Shown: one piece after another, positions 1 to 12,029 of the stretch | Layout of the letters: every line of letters begins with the position of its first letter | Position numbering within the stretch: position 1 is the stretch's first letter | Assembly: GCA_026023565.1 (NCBI GenBank) | Contig: JAPETS010000064.1 | Coordinates: 62,001 to 104,663, forward strand | Origin: Cirrosporium novae-zelandiae | Lineage: Eukaryota | Direction: 5' to 3' | DNA: 42,663 bases | Position numbers and translations under genes: made by a program | The notes under the pieces: generated by a model | Databases searched by the model: none | What the model saw: the letters and a program-made list of their open reading frames with translations, nothing else | Told to the model about the DNA's origin: nothing

Positions 1-849
1 ATTTTTAATTAAAATTTTATAGATTTTTTTTTTTTAAAAAAATTAATACGTAAAATAACTATATAATATTTTTTTAATATTTTTTTTTTATATATTCTAT
101 TTTTATTTTTCGTGTTATTAGGTATTTTCCGTCCGTGATTATATAAAGGCCTAGATAGTTTGTATATTTTAACGGGATATATATAACCCCCGTTTATAGA
201 ATTTTTTATTCCGTTTTACGTAGTTTCTATAATTTTTACCTGGATCTATAATATTTAGATTATTATTATAACTGTTTTTTTAATTATTAGAAATTTTTAT
301 TTAATTATATATAATTCTTTTTAATTTATTTTCTAAATTTTTATAATTTTATTGTCTCGTTTTTCTAAAACGATTATTTAGATTTTTAAATCAAAAAATA
401 TTTCCCGTAATTATATTATAAAATCGTCGGTTTTTAAAATCTAGTATATTTTCTCCCCGATTACGGGAAATATACGTATTATTATATATTTAATTATTTA
501 TTCTATTAAAATATTCTGGTTATTAATCTATTTTTTTTTAAGATTTTTTTTTTTATAAAACTTTTCGACGACGTTTTTCCGGCTGATTATTTTTTTTCTA
601 GAATAAGGATCATAGTACCGAATCGCTAGATTTTATTATAAGTTTTTACCCTGGTTCGTTCGATTCATTTTTTAGGCGCTGTCGCCCTTTCGTGTCCGTC
701 TAGTTGTCGCTGACGGCACGTATTCTTTTAATCCCCGATTTTTCCCCGCTGCTGCTGGGCTCTATAGGCCTTAAATAAATATTAAATATTTCGTATAACG
801 GTCGTCACAATAGTGAATTGATTTGGTGGCACGGGGTCACCAAAAAAAA
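1..849 (-). mobile_element. Tad1-like LINE copy A: 5' end and ORF1, with an internal deletion of about 1.06 kb; runs off the window start
   Basis: The reverse complement of 800-849 is TTTTTGGTGACCCCGTGCCACCAAATCAATTCACTATTGTGACGACCG. Bases 181-849 match 21170-21835 and bases 1-190 match about 22890-23085. Confidence 0.9.
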
Positions 850-2193
850 ATTGCCAACTATTAAACCCGAATAAATATAATAACCATTATATATATATAT
901 ATATATATTCGTATATATATTTAAATATTAATAATTATTAGTAATACCGTCAAATTAATTCTATTATTTTATTATATTTTAAATAATTTATTTATATAAT
1001 TTTTTTTCGAATAACGGTATCGTGAGAAATATACGCCCCGTCGTTATATCGTATTAGATTCGTATCGTTTATATTTAATTTATTTTTTAGAATTTTTTTT
1101 TGGAATTATTTATTTGGAAATAATTTCTAAATTTTATTTCTATATTAAGCGTCCCCGTTCTGCAAAAATATAAAATAATTAATAAACATATCTAATATAT
1201 TATTATTATAAAGTGATATTTTTCCGCGTATTTCTCGTATATATTTACGTACGGATTACGTAATTAATTATTTTATAAATTTTGAAATATTTATTTCTAT
1301 TTTTTTATTATATTTAAATATATCGTTTATATTATTTATAATTTTTATAATAAATTTAAATAAATTATTATTTATATTTTTTATTTTAATATTTTTAATA
1401 TTTTTAATATTTAATTTTTTAATTTTAATTTTTTTAAGTTTTCGGTTTTTTATTATAATTACGGTAATCATTTTTTTTTTTTATTTAATTATCGGTATTT
1501 TTTATATATTATTTATAATTTTTTTTTTGTTTTAATTTTTATTATAAAATTCAAAATAATTATTCGTTTTTTAATTTTTTAATATTATATTCCGGTTTTC
1601 GAAATAATTTATTTATTAAATTCAATTTTTTTTATAGAAAAATAATTTCGAAATTATAAATAATAAAATTTTTAATTTAATATATTTATCGTTTATTTAA
1701 TTTTTTTATTATTGTAAAATAATATAAATTTTTATGATTATTTAATATTTATATTATATATAACGTTTTTTTAAAATAATATTTTTATTTTTTAAAAATT
1801 TCTATAATTATTATTAATTCTATATTATAAATATTATAATTTAATTCCGCGGTAATTAATTTCTAATATTAGAATATATTCGGATATTATTTATTTCCTA
1901 TATTTCTTTTATATAAAATAAATAATTAAAATAAAATAATTATAATTATAAATGCCGAAAATTTTTTTTTAAATATATAATTATAGATTAAAATATCGTA
2001 ATACAAAAATTATTATAAAATATTTAATTAATTTTTTAAATAATTATATTTTTTTATTTTTTTATATTTTTTTTAATAGTCTAATCAATAATACTATTAT
2101 ATTAAAAGATTTAAAAATAAAATTTTTATAAAAATTCGTAAATTTTAGAAAAATCTGAATATATCGATAATTTATTAATTTAAATTAATTCTA

Positions 2194-4043
2194 AACGGAG
2201 AGGTACAACCCCGAATCAGTATAGAAACGGGGGTGCCGCAGGGGTCACCCGTATCCCCAATATTATTCCTGATATATTGCAGCGGGCTATTCGCAGCCGT
2301 AGAATAGGCGGTCCCTAGGATTAAAGCTTTATCATTCGTGGATAATATAAATTTCTCGATCATCTATATAAATAATAAATAAGCCCGAAAAACTATTTAA
2401 TAAATAATAAAAACGGCGGTTTAATAAAAAAAAAATAAATTAAAATTCGACGTTTAAAAAACCGAAATTATAATTTTTTTTAAATTACGTAAATACTAAA
2501 TTTAAATAAATATTAAATCGAAAATTAAAATTAATAATCACTCGATCGAATATAAAACGGATTATATATAATAATTAAACGTATAATTAAATCTGAAATT
2601 TAATTTCTAAATTTATTACGTCTAACGTTTAATTAAAATCAAATACGTGGAAAAAATAATTAAATATATTTATTACCGAAACGGGCTATTTACGGGATTT
2701 ACGCGCTAAATAATCGTAATAATTATAATATCAATCTATATATACGGGTATAAAATCTAATAAAAAAAACAAACCGGTTATTAAATAGAATTTCAAAAAT
2801 TATTAAATAAATTTATTAAATTAATAATAAAAATTTATAAAATAATTTTAATAATAACGATTATATAAAAAATTTATATATATCCCGTAAACGTAATATT
2901 AAATATTATATAAAAAAAATATAGATTTCGTTATTTTTAAAAAATAATATTATTCGATGCGTAAATAATAATTTAATAAATCGAAAAAAAAAATTAAATA
3001 ATCGTATAAATAAATATATAAGTATATTAAATATTTAATTAATTAGAAAACGAAAATTATAATTAAATAAATTTTAAAATATTATAAAATATTTAAATAT
3101 AAAATAATTAAAATAAATATAATATTAAAAAATAATAAAATAATTAAATAAATTTTATTAATTTATATAATCTAAAATATAATCGAAAAATAAACTATAA
3201 AAACGTATAATTAATTATATAATTAAAAAATAAAAAAATTATTTAATAAATTTTTTTAAATATATCTAAAATATAAAAAAAATCGGATATTAAAATATAC
3301 GTTCAAAAAACTGATAAATAGATTTTATTAATTAAAAATAAAATATATTATTACTGGAAAATATATATATTATACGAAAATCATTATTTTAGAATATTAA
3401 TAATATAAAATTTTATATTAAAATATTTTTTATTTAATATTAATATATCCGCCGTAAAAAACGATTAAAACCTATTTACGGAAAATAATAAAAAGACTGA
3501 AAAAACGATAATCTAATATAATTGATAGAACAAAATTAATTTTCCTATTAAAAATTCGAAAACTTTCGGAAAATTAAATACTTTTTTTGAATAATACGGA
3601 AATAAAAAAAACCCTAATTCTAGATTAAAAACGAAAAAATAAACCGCGAAATTTATTTAAATTAAAAATAAATAGAAGCCGGATACAAAAAAAAAACGAT
3701 CTAAACCAATTAAATATTAAATAAAAATTAAATCAGTAATAAAAACGCGGGATAATCGTATACGTAAAACGTAAAAATTGAAAAAATCGAAAATAGATAT
3801 ATATAAACTTATTTATAAACTACGAATATCGAAATAACGCTAAAAACTATTCAGTCAAATAAATTAAATAATCCGAAAAAATTAAAAAAAAAAAAACTAT
3901 ATAACCGAATTAAATAAACTAACCCCTACTTATTCAATTAAAAATAAACCCGAAAAAAATACAAAAAAGCCTAAAACTTTTAAATGAAATTCGTTATAGT
4001 TTCCAAACGATATATAAATATAAAATAATAAATAATCATTATA
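2194..4043 (+). mobile_element. Tad1-like LINE copy B: 5'-truncated within RT, internal deletion near 2945, 3' end present
   Basis: From 2230 it translates GVPQGSPVSPILFLIYCSGLFAAVE*AVPRIKALSFVDN, an RT core. It ends in AATAATCATTAT, a relic of the (CAT)n tail. Confidence 0.9.
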
Positions 4044-4129
4044 AGTATATTAAAAAAAAAAAAATTATTTAAATAATGGGTATTATAATATATATATCGA
4101 GAATAATATTTATATTTCCGGTTTTCCCG

Positions 4130-4800
4130 CAATACAAATTATAGAAAAATTATAAACGAATAAAACGTAAAAAATAATTATAGAAATAAAAAAACTACTT
4201 TTTATAAAATTATAGAACGATTCTTTTAGAAAAATCTATATAAAAACGTTGAAAGTCTTATTAAAAACCACGATTTATATTAACAACGCCGTAAATATAG
4301 AATCGAAAAAAAATTGTACTTTATATATATATAAATTCTTAATAAAAAATAGATAATCGATATTATTTATATATTTCAATAATAAAAAAATATCTAATAT
4401 TAATTAAAAACGATTTTAATAAATAAATAAAAAAAAATATTAAATAAAATAATAATTATTAATATAATTGATTTTATATAAATCGATATATTTTATAAAT
4501 ATAAAATCTCGATAAATTTAATATTCGATAACGGAAAAAAATATATAAAAATAATAATAAAATTATTAAATAAATATTATTTTATAATTAAATAACGAAA
4601 TATATTAGTATATTATTTATAATCGAATAAAATAATCGAACGAGATTATCAATTTATAATAAATAGATTAATCAAATTAAATTTTATAAAAAAAAAAATA
4701 CAGAATTTATTTAGAATAATATAAATAAATAAAACGATAATAAAAAGATTTATTAAATATATTTTATTTTATAGTAAAATTGTCGATCAAATTTTATTAT
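4130..4800 (+). pseudogene. Ty3/gypsy integrase relic (zinc-binding region plus DDE core)
   Basis: De-RIP reading gives ERFF(W)KNLYK(D)VESL at about 4215 and YL(V)L(ARD)DF(SGW) at 4391. DGG-like FDNG lies at about 4525, and Y(HPQ)SN(GM)IER(GH)Q at 4611. Confidence 0.8.
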
Positions 4801-5140
4801 TTATAAATTTTGATATTCTAATATAATTTATATTATTTTAGAACAAAATAATTGATATAATAAATTTATTAATAAAACGTATTAAATAATAATAATAAAA
4901 AAAAAATATCGAAAAAACCTGATAATATTTTAAAAAATACTGTATAAAAAATAAATAAACGAATCTAATAATTAAAAAACGATTGTTTTTTAAAAAAAAA
5001 ATATTTAATCCACGTATTAAAATATATATCCCAGAACGCGCCGGAAATAAAGAATATAAAAAATTTATTTAATATAAATTATTAGTACAGTCGGGGAACT
5101 AGAGATTTTATCGGAATTTATTTTGAAAATTTTATTCTGG

Positions 5141-5224
5141 AATTCAATACGAAAGGTTATTTTTATAAATTTATTTCAAAATTCAATACGAAAGGTTATT
5201 TTTATAAATTTATTTCAAAATTCA
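5141..5224. repeat. Perfect 39-bp tandem duplication (about 2.15 units)
   Basis: AATTCAATACGAAAGGTTATTTTTATAAATTTATTTCAA starts at 5141 and 5180, and a partial third unit starts at 5219. Confidence 0.95.
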
Positions 5225-6276
5225 TTTTTATACACCGATTCCGGGGTATAAATATATTATATATTTTTTCTAAATTTTTCAAATAATAATAATAATATTA
5301 GACCGTTTTTATAAAAATATAGATTAATTTCCTCAATATTTAAAAATATTAGAATTGGCATTAAAATATTAGATATAAATAATAATTACTAAATTTTTAG
5401 AATTAAAAATTATTTATTTAAATAATTAGATAAAAAAATTATACAATTATATTAAATTAAATAATATATAAATTAAAATCAAAAAAATATTACGGATAAT
5501 TAAAATCAATTTTTTTGAACTACGAGAAATTATTTTTTAAAAACGGAATATTTAAAGATAATACTAAAAAATTATTAATAATATCGGATTAAAATATAAA
5601 AATTTAGAGAAAATCGTAAAATAATAGAATCCCGAATCAATAATCGGTCTATATCTGAGAATTCTAAAAATTAAAACGTATACGAGTTTTTATTATAAAT
5701 ATTTATAAATATTAATTTTAAAAACTGGTTTCAAAACAAAATATTTAAATCAAAAAAATTTAATAATAATATTAAATAATAATATTATATTAAATAAATT
5801 CAAAATATTATATTTTAATGAATTCCGAATTGATTCCCGTTTTTCTATTAAAACCGATATTTTGGGATTTTAATAATCTTAGGTTATTAAAAAACTTTTA
5901 TTATACTTTCAATTTTTTAAATATTTATAGTTTTCTATCGTTTTTTTATTATCATATTATTTGTAATATATTATATTTTTTTTATAATATTAATTTTAAT
6001 AATTATCGGTTAATTATTCGTCGTTATTAAATAAAATATTTTATTATTAAAATTTTGATATTTATATCAAAATAATTTTTAATTATTGATCCGATTAATT
6101 TTTGAAATCTTTGTTTTTCGATTCTAAATTATTCGATTTCATATAAATTTTATAATTTTATAGTTTTATAAATTCAATAACCGATATAAAAAATTTTTTA
6201 TTTTATTAAAATTTATTAATTAAATTTAATAAATATCGTTTTTTTATATTTTAATTATCGTTTTAAAATAATTAAT

Positions 6277-6596
6277 AAAATATATTTTTAAAAAAAAACA
6301 AATTATATTTAAAAAAAAATAAAAATAAATAAATTAAAAAAATAAAAATAAAAAATATTATATTAAAAATATTCTAATAATATATTTTAGTATTTTATTT
6401 ATAAATTATAATTTAACTAAATTTTTTAAAATATTATTCGATAATACAGGATTTTAAAAATTAAATTTATAAATAAAATACTAAAATATATTATTAGAAT
6501 ATTTTTAATATAATATTTTCTATTTTTATTTTTTTAATTTATTTATTTTTATTTTTTTTTAAATATAATTTGGTTTTTTTTTTAAAAATATATTTT
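6277..6596. repeat. Inverted repeat with arms of about 130 bp and a spacer of about 56 bp
   Basis: Bases 6277-6407 are the near-perfect reverse complement of 6464-6596, e.g. TATATTTTAGTATTTTATTTATAAATT / AATTTATAAATAAAATACTAAAATATA. Confidence 0.9.
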
Positions 6597-6980
6597 TTTT
6601 ATTCGTAATTATTTTCGTCGCTAATATTTTTATTCGATTACGTATCGGGTTTATTTCGATTTTAAACGAAATTATTTTATTTTTTTAATGTACAAACTTT
6701 TTATAATTTAGTTTTTGATTATTGAAAATAATTTTAGATTTCCCGTATTTCCGTTATAGTTGTATTAGATTATTATTAAAATCTATATATATACGAGATT
6801 TATTATATTTGAATAATTTTTCGTTTAATAATTCGTTTTTAATAAAATAAATAATCGATTTATAGTTTTTTATTATTATAAAAATAATATACGATTCGAT
6901 TTTTAAATTAATAGGTAAATATATTTAGATTAGAATTGATAAAAAAAAATTTATTTTTTAATATTTATAATTTTTAATTA

Positions 6981-9055
6981 GACACCAAGCTTGGGTGAAT
7001 ACCAAACCGAAAATTAGGGTCGACAGTCACCCAATCGAATACAAAGGGGACTACGTGCGGTAGTTAGACGTATAGCTAGACCCGAAACTTAATTTCCAGG
7101 CCCACCACGCCCAGCGGTTGGCTAAGGCCCGACGTGCGGAAGGCGCAGTTAGACATATATACCACCGGAACGGACTACCTACCGGGCTTGCGCGCCAGAT
7201 AGCGGTAGCGACTATCGTATCAATCTATATATATAAATACGAGGTCTGATAGAAAAAACAAATCGGGTATTAAATAGAATTTCAGAAATTACTAAATAAA
7301 TTTATAAAATTAATAATAAAAATTTATAAAATAATCTTAATAGCAGCGGTTATATAAAAAACCTATATATATTCCACAGATATAATATTAAATACCGCGT
7401 AAAAAAATATAGATTTCGGTATTTTTAAAAAACCGAATAAAATTTAACGAATCTAATATTATTAATAATATTAAAAATAAAAAACGCGGACGTCTAATTA
7501 AAAAAATAACGGTTAAAAAATTTTTAATAAATTTAGAAAATTAAAAAAAATATATTAGATTAATATTTAATTATAACGATAATCTAAAAAATAATAAATC
7601 TAAATTTTAAAATCGAAAAAATCCAAATAATCGAAAAAAATAAGTTTTTAAAAAAAATAATAATACCTCTAAAATAATAGGCTTTCAGCGAAACGCTAAC
7701 GCAGGGCTGAAAAAACGTATACTAGTCGGACGGATTTAGGCTAGAAAACCGCAAAATAAAAACGGGAATAATCTAAAAAACAGCCGCAAAAACCCCGTAA
7801 ATAATACGAAAATACCACCTAAATCAAAATAAAGAAATATTCGATACAGAATTTTGGGGGGCGCAAGCGGCCCTAAAAATAGCGGTCAGAATATACCCAA
7901 ATAACTATAAAACCCCCGTAAAAAAAAATAATATTATTATTTAATTCGCAAACGGCTATCAGACGGATCGAAAAAAAAAATTAAAAAAAAACTAAATAAT
8001 CGTATAAAAAATATATAAATATATTAAATATTTAATAAATTAAAAAACGAAAATCGCTATTAAATAAATTCTAGAATATTATAAAATACCAAAAAACGAA
8101 ATAATAAATTAAACGGCCAAAATAAATATAACGTTAAAAAATAATAGAATAACGGAATAAATTTCGTTAATTTATATAACCCGTAATATAACGGAAAAAC
8201 GGATTATAAAAATATATAATTAATTATATAATTAAAAAATAAAAAAATCGCTCGATAAATTTTATCGAATATATTTAAAATATAAAAAAAATAGAATATT
8301 AAAATATACGTTTAAAAAATTGATAAATAAATTTTATTAAATAAAAACGGGATACGCCGTCACCGGGAAATATATATATCGTACGAAAATTATTTTTATT
8401 CCAGAATATTAGTAATACGGAATTTTATATTAAAATATATTCTATTTAATATTAATATATCCGCGCTGAAAAATAATTAGGGCCCGTTTACGGGGAATAA
8501 TAAAAAAATAAAAGGATTAATAATCTAATATAGCCGATAAAAAAAAACTAGTATTCATATTAAAAAACGGAAAATTCTCTAAAAATTAGATACGTTTTTT
8601 AAGCGATAGAAAAATAAAAAAACTCTAATATTAGATTAAATACGAAATAAAAAATCGTGAAACGTACCTGGATTAGGGGTAGGTAGAACCCGGATACGGA
8701 AAAAAAAACGACCCAGAAATAAATATTAAATAAAAACTAGGCCCGTAATAAAAACGTGGGATAAACGTATACGTAAATAAAAACTGAAAAAAATCGAAAA
8801 TAAATACGAATAGATTTATTTATAGATTACGAACACCGAAATAACGCTAAAAAACTATCCGGTTAAATAAATCAGGTGATTCTAGGAAACCTAAAAAAGG
8901 GGGGAAATTATATAGCCGAACTAGGGGAATAACCCCCACTATCTTAATTAAAAATAAGCCCGAAAAAAGATACAAAAAAATCTAAAAATCTCCGAATAAA
9001 ATCCGTTATAATTTCTAAACGATATATAAATATAAATAATAAATAATTATTATTA
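6981..9055 (+). mobile_element. Tad1-like LINE copy D: 5'-truncated, with RT thumb, RNase H, CCHC finger and tail, flanked by a TSD
   Basis: It translates VR(W)L(G)V(W)LDPKLNFQAHHAQRLAKARRAE at about 7055. RNase H motifs are Y(W)SDG at about 7720 and KEIFD(A)E at about 7830. The direct repeat TTATAATTTTTAATTA lies at 6965-6980 and 9056-9071. Confidence 0.92.
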
Positions 9056-9071
9056 TTATAATTTTTAATTA

Positions 9072-10700
9072 AATATTTTAATTATATTTATTCTAATATT
9101 ATTAATAATTCGTAATTTTTCTATATTTTTAATTAGTTTATTTATTTATTAATTTTTAATCTGGTTATTCAATAATATTTATTTCGGTCGAAATTTATTA
9201 ATAAATACAATTTTCTATTAATTAGATTTTTAGGATTTATTTTTGATAAAAATAATTAATTTTATTAATATTTGTTTTTTTTTTATTAATTTTTTATTTT
9301 TTTATATTTTTTTATTTTTTTTTATTCGTATATTTCTTTAATTGAATTCAGTATTTTTATATGTATTTTATCGAAATTTTAATTATTTTTATTTTTTATT
9401 TTTTTTTAATTAGTTTTATTATTATTTAATTAAAAAGATTTTATATAAATATCGATTATTTTTAAAAATTAAAGAATTTTTTTTATTTATATTATCGATA
9501 ATTTTTTTATAATTTTTATAATAATTTTTCAATTTTATTATATTATAATTTTTTTTAAAATTCGTATTAATTTATTAAAATTTTTTTAATATATTTTATT
9601 TATTTTATATTTTAATTCTGAAATTTCTTTTTAAAAATTTATTATAATTATTTATTATTAATTTATTTATTTTATAATTTATATAAAATATATTTTATTA
9701 TTTAAAAAAATTACTAACGTTTATTTTATTAAAATATAACGCTAATTTTAATTTAAATATTATTTAATATATTACTATAATATAAAAAACAAATATAAAT
9801 AATTCTGCAGATTCGTATTTATTATTTAATAAAATAAAATTTTTATCAGATTTTATCGGATTAAATATTTTATTTAAAAATTTTAATATATTTTTAAATT
9901 AATATAATATTTTCGTTTTTTATTTTTTTTAATTTTAATTTATTTTTGTTTTTTTTAGGCCTGATAATATTTATATATAAAATATAATTTATAGATTTTT
10001 ATTTTTCATATTTTATATAATTCCTAAATAATAAAATATTTTCTCGATAATTCTATAATTTATTGTTTATTTTAATTACGTTATATAACGGTTCGATAAA
10101 TAATATTTTTATTATTAAAATCCGAATAATTCTTTTTTTATTTTTTTTAATATAAAATATCCTAAATATTTTTTTATTATAATTTAAATAATTTCCGTAT
10201 ATTTTTTAATAACGTTATATTAATGTATTTTTTTACAATTATTTTTTTTATATTGAAAATAATTCATTGATTAAAAATAATTTTTTATTCTTATAATTTT
10301 TCCTACTTTTTTTTTTATTATATTTTATTTTTTTAGATACGTAGTTTTTTTTATAATAAATATCGTTCCGAAATCGTTATTTTGTAATAGAATATATTTG
10401 AATATTTATAGATTATACGTATTATCAAATCATAAAAATAGCAAATAAATTAAATTATAAAATATGTTAATAATTATAGTAATCCTATATAGATACGAGC
10501 GCTATTTCTATAATAGTAATTATATAAGAACGTAATAATAAATATTTGATTTATTTATTAATGCCTAAATAGTAAATATAGAAAATAAAAAAAATTAAAA
10601 AAAATAATTAAAAATATATTTCTGAATTTTGGATATTCGTTTATCTTTATATTTTTTAGAAAAACAAACCAAATTATATTATTTTTTAAAAAAAAAGATT
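9072..10700 (+). mobile_element. Probable Ty1/copia RT-RNase H relic, contiguous with 6600-6980 before LINE D inserted
   Basis: Weak de-RIP motifs occur in copia order and plausible spacing: (V)D(D) at about 9494, Y(LG)xEI at about 9609, RPD at 9957, and YV(P)S...IA(DG)L at about 10415-10452. The sequence is heavily degraded. Confidence 0.4.
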
Positions 10701-10759
10701 ATATAAAAATAAATGGGTATACCCATTTACTTCACTATAATATAAATAAAAAATTTGAA

Positions 10760-12014
10760 TTAATTCCGAATTTATAAAATTTAAAATTATCAAAAAATTG
10801 CTAATAATAAATGAAAATAAAATAAAAATAAAATTTTAATTAATTGCGAAAAATACGTTAGGCGTAAATTATACGAAAACGTAATTAAAAAATAAAATAT
10901 AAAAAATTATTATTTAATTAAAAATTATTCTAAATAAATATATAAAATTTAAACGGATATATATTTAATCGAAAATTTAATAAAAATTTAAATATATTAT
11001 TAAAAAAAACGAATATAATATAATGTTTAAAAAAATAAAATAAAAACGCCGGATTTTTAAAAAAATTAAAAAAATATTTAAAAATTTATTTAAATCGTTT
11101 TTTTTTTAATTCTAATTAATTTTATAAATTTTTTAAATTCCGTTATATTCTAATATTTTATTTATATTCTATACGTATAATATTTTTCGTACCATTTTTT
11201 CGAATAATTATTAAACGAATTTTTTTATTATTTTTAAAAAATCCCGAATTTTAATTTTGGATAAAAAAAATATTCGTTTAATAATTATTCGAAAAAACCG
11301 TACGAAAAATGTTATACGTATGAAATATAAATAAAATATTAGAATATAACGGAATTTAATTTAAAATATTATATATATTATAATAGTAAAATCTTAATAA
11401 ATTAATAAAAATAATCCGGTATAATTTTCAATTAAAATATTATCCGACGCAATAAAACTATATCCGGAAAATATTGTTATTTAAATTGAAAAATAATAAT
11501 AAAATATTAATTAAAAATTATAAAATAATCGAAAAAATCGTGATTAATATATTAATAAATATATATAAAAATTAATTCAGATCGAAATATAATTGGAATA
11601 TAATTGATATATTTACGTATTTAATATATCGTATACAACAATTTAATCAAAAATAAATAATTTATATTTTATTTATAAATATTAAAAAAACGTTTAATTA
11701 TATATTATAATTTAAATTAATATAATATTTAAAATAATTAATAATCAATAAAAATATTATTAAATAAATAATTAATTTTATAATTTAATAAAATATTAAA
11801 TTAATAATCGACGGAGAAATATAATCCCGAATTAATATAAAAACCGAAATATTATAAAAATCGTTTATATTATTAATATTATTTTTTATATATTATAACG
11901 GATTATTCGCAGCCGTAAAATAAATAATAAAATTATTTATAAACGACGTAAATTTCTCGATTATTTATATAAATAATAAAAAAACCCGAAAAATTATTTA
12001 ATAAATAACGAAAA
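10760..12014 (+). mobile_element. Tad1-like LINE copy E: internal ORF2 fragment (end of endonuclease to RT) with deletions and local inversions
   Basis: It matches about 23985-25410 of the full-length copy, with ATTCGCAGCCGTA at about 11906. Inverted segments lie at about 11081-11220. Confidence 0.85.
11133..11359. repeat. Fold-back inverted duplication with 88-bp arms and a 51-bp spacer, inside LINE copy E
   Basis: Bases 11133-11220 are the near-perfect reverse complement of 11272-11359. Only the right arm is present in copies K and O. Confidence 0.9.
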
Positions 12015-12029
12015 CAAATAAAATATAAA

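Noticed and set aside
888..930. (TA)n tract resembling 18181-18207, both upstream of LINE 5' ends
   Set aside because: This low-complexity similarity is expected by chance in RIPed DNA.
1268..1471. Lys/Ile/Asn-rich ORF from the track (likewise 5818-6030 and 41832-42014)
   Set aside because: These are composition artefacts of AT-saturated DNA. The last is out of frame with the protease motif.
2175..2363. Repeated minus-strand ORF MIEK...GTPVSILIRG (also 35230-35424) as a conserved small gene
   Set aside because: It is the antisense shadow of the LINE RT motif GVPQGSPVSP. Its recurrence reflects LINE copies.
5141..5224. CRISPR-like repeat
   Set aside because: The units are directly adjacent with no spacers, there are no cas genes, and the context is eukaryotic.
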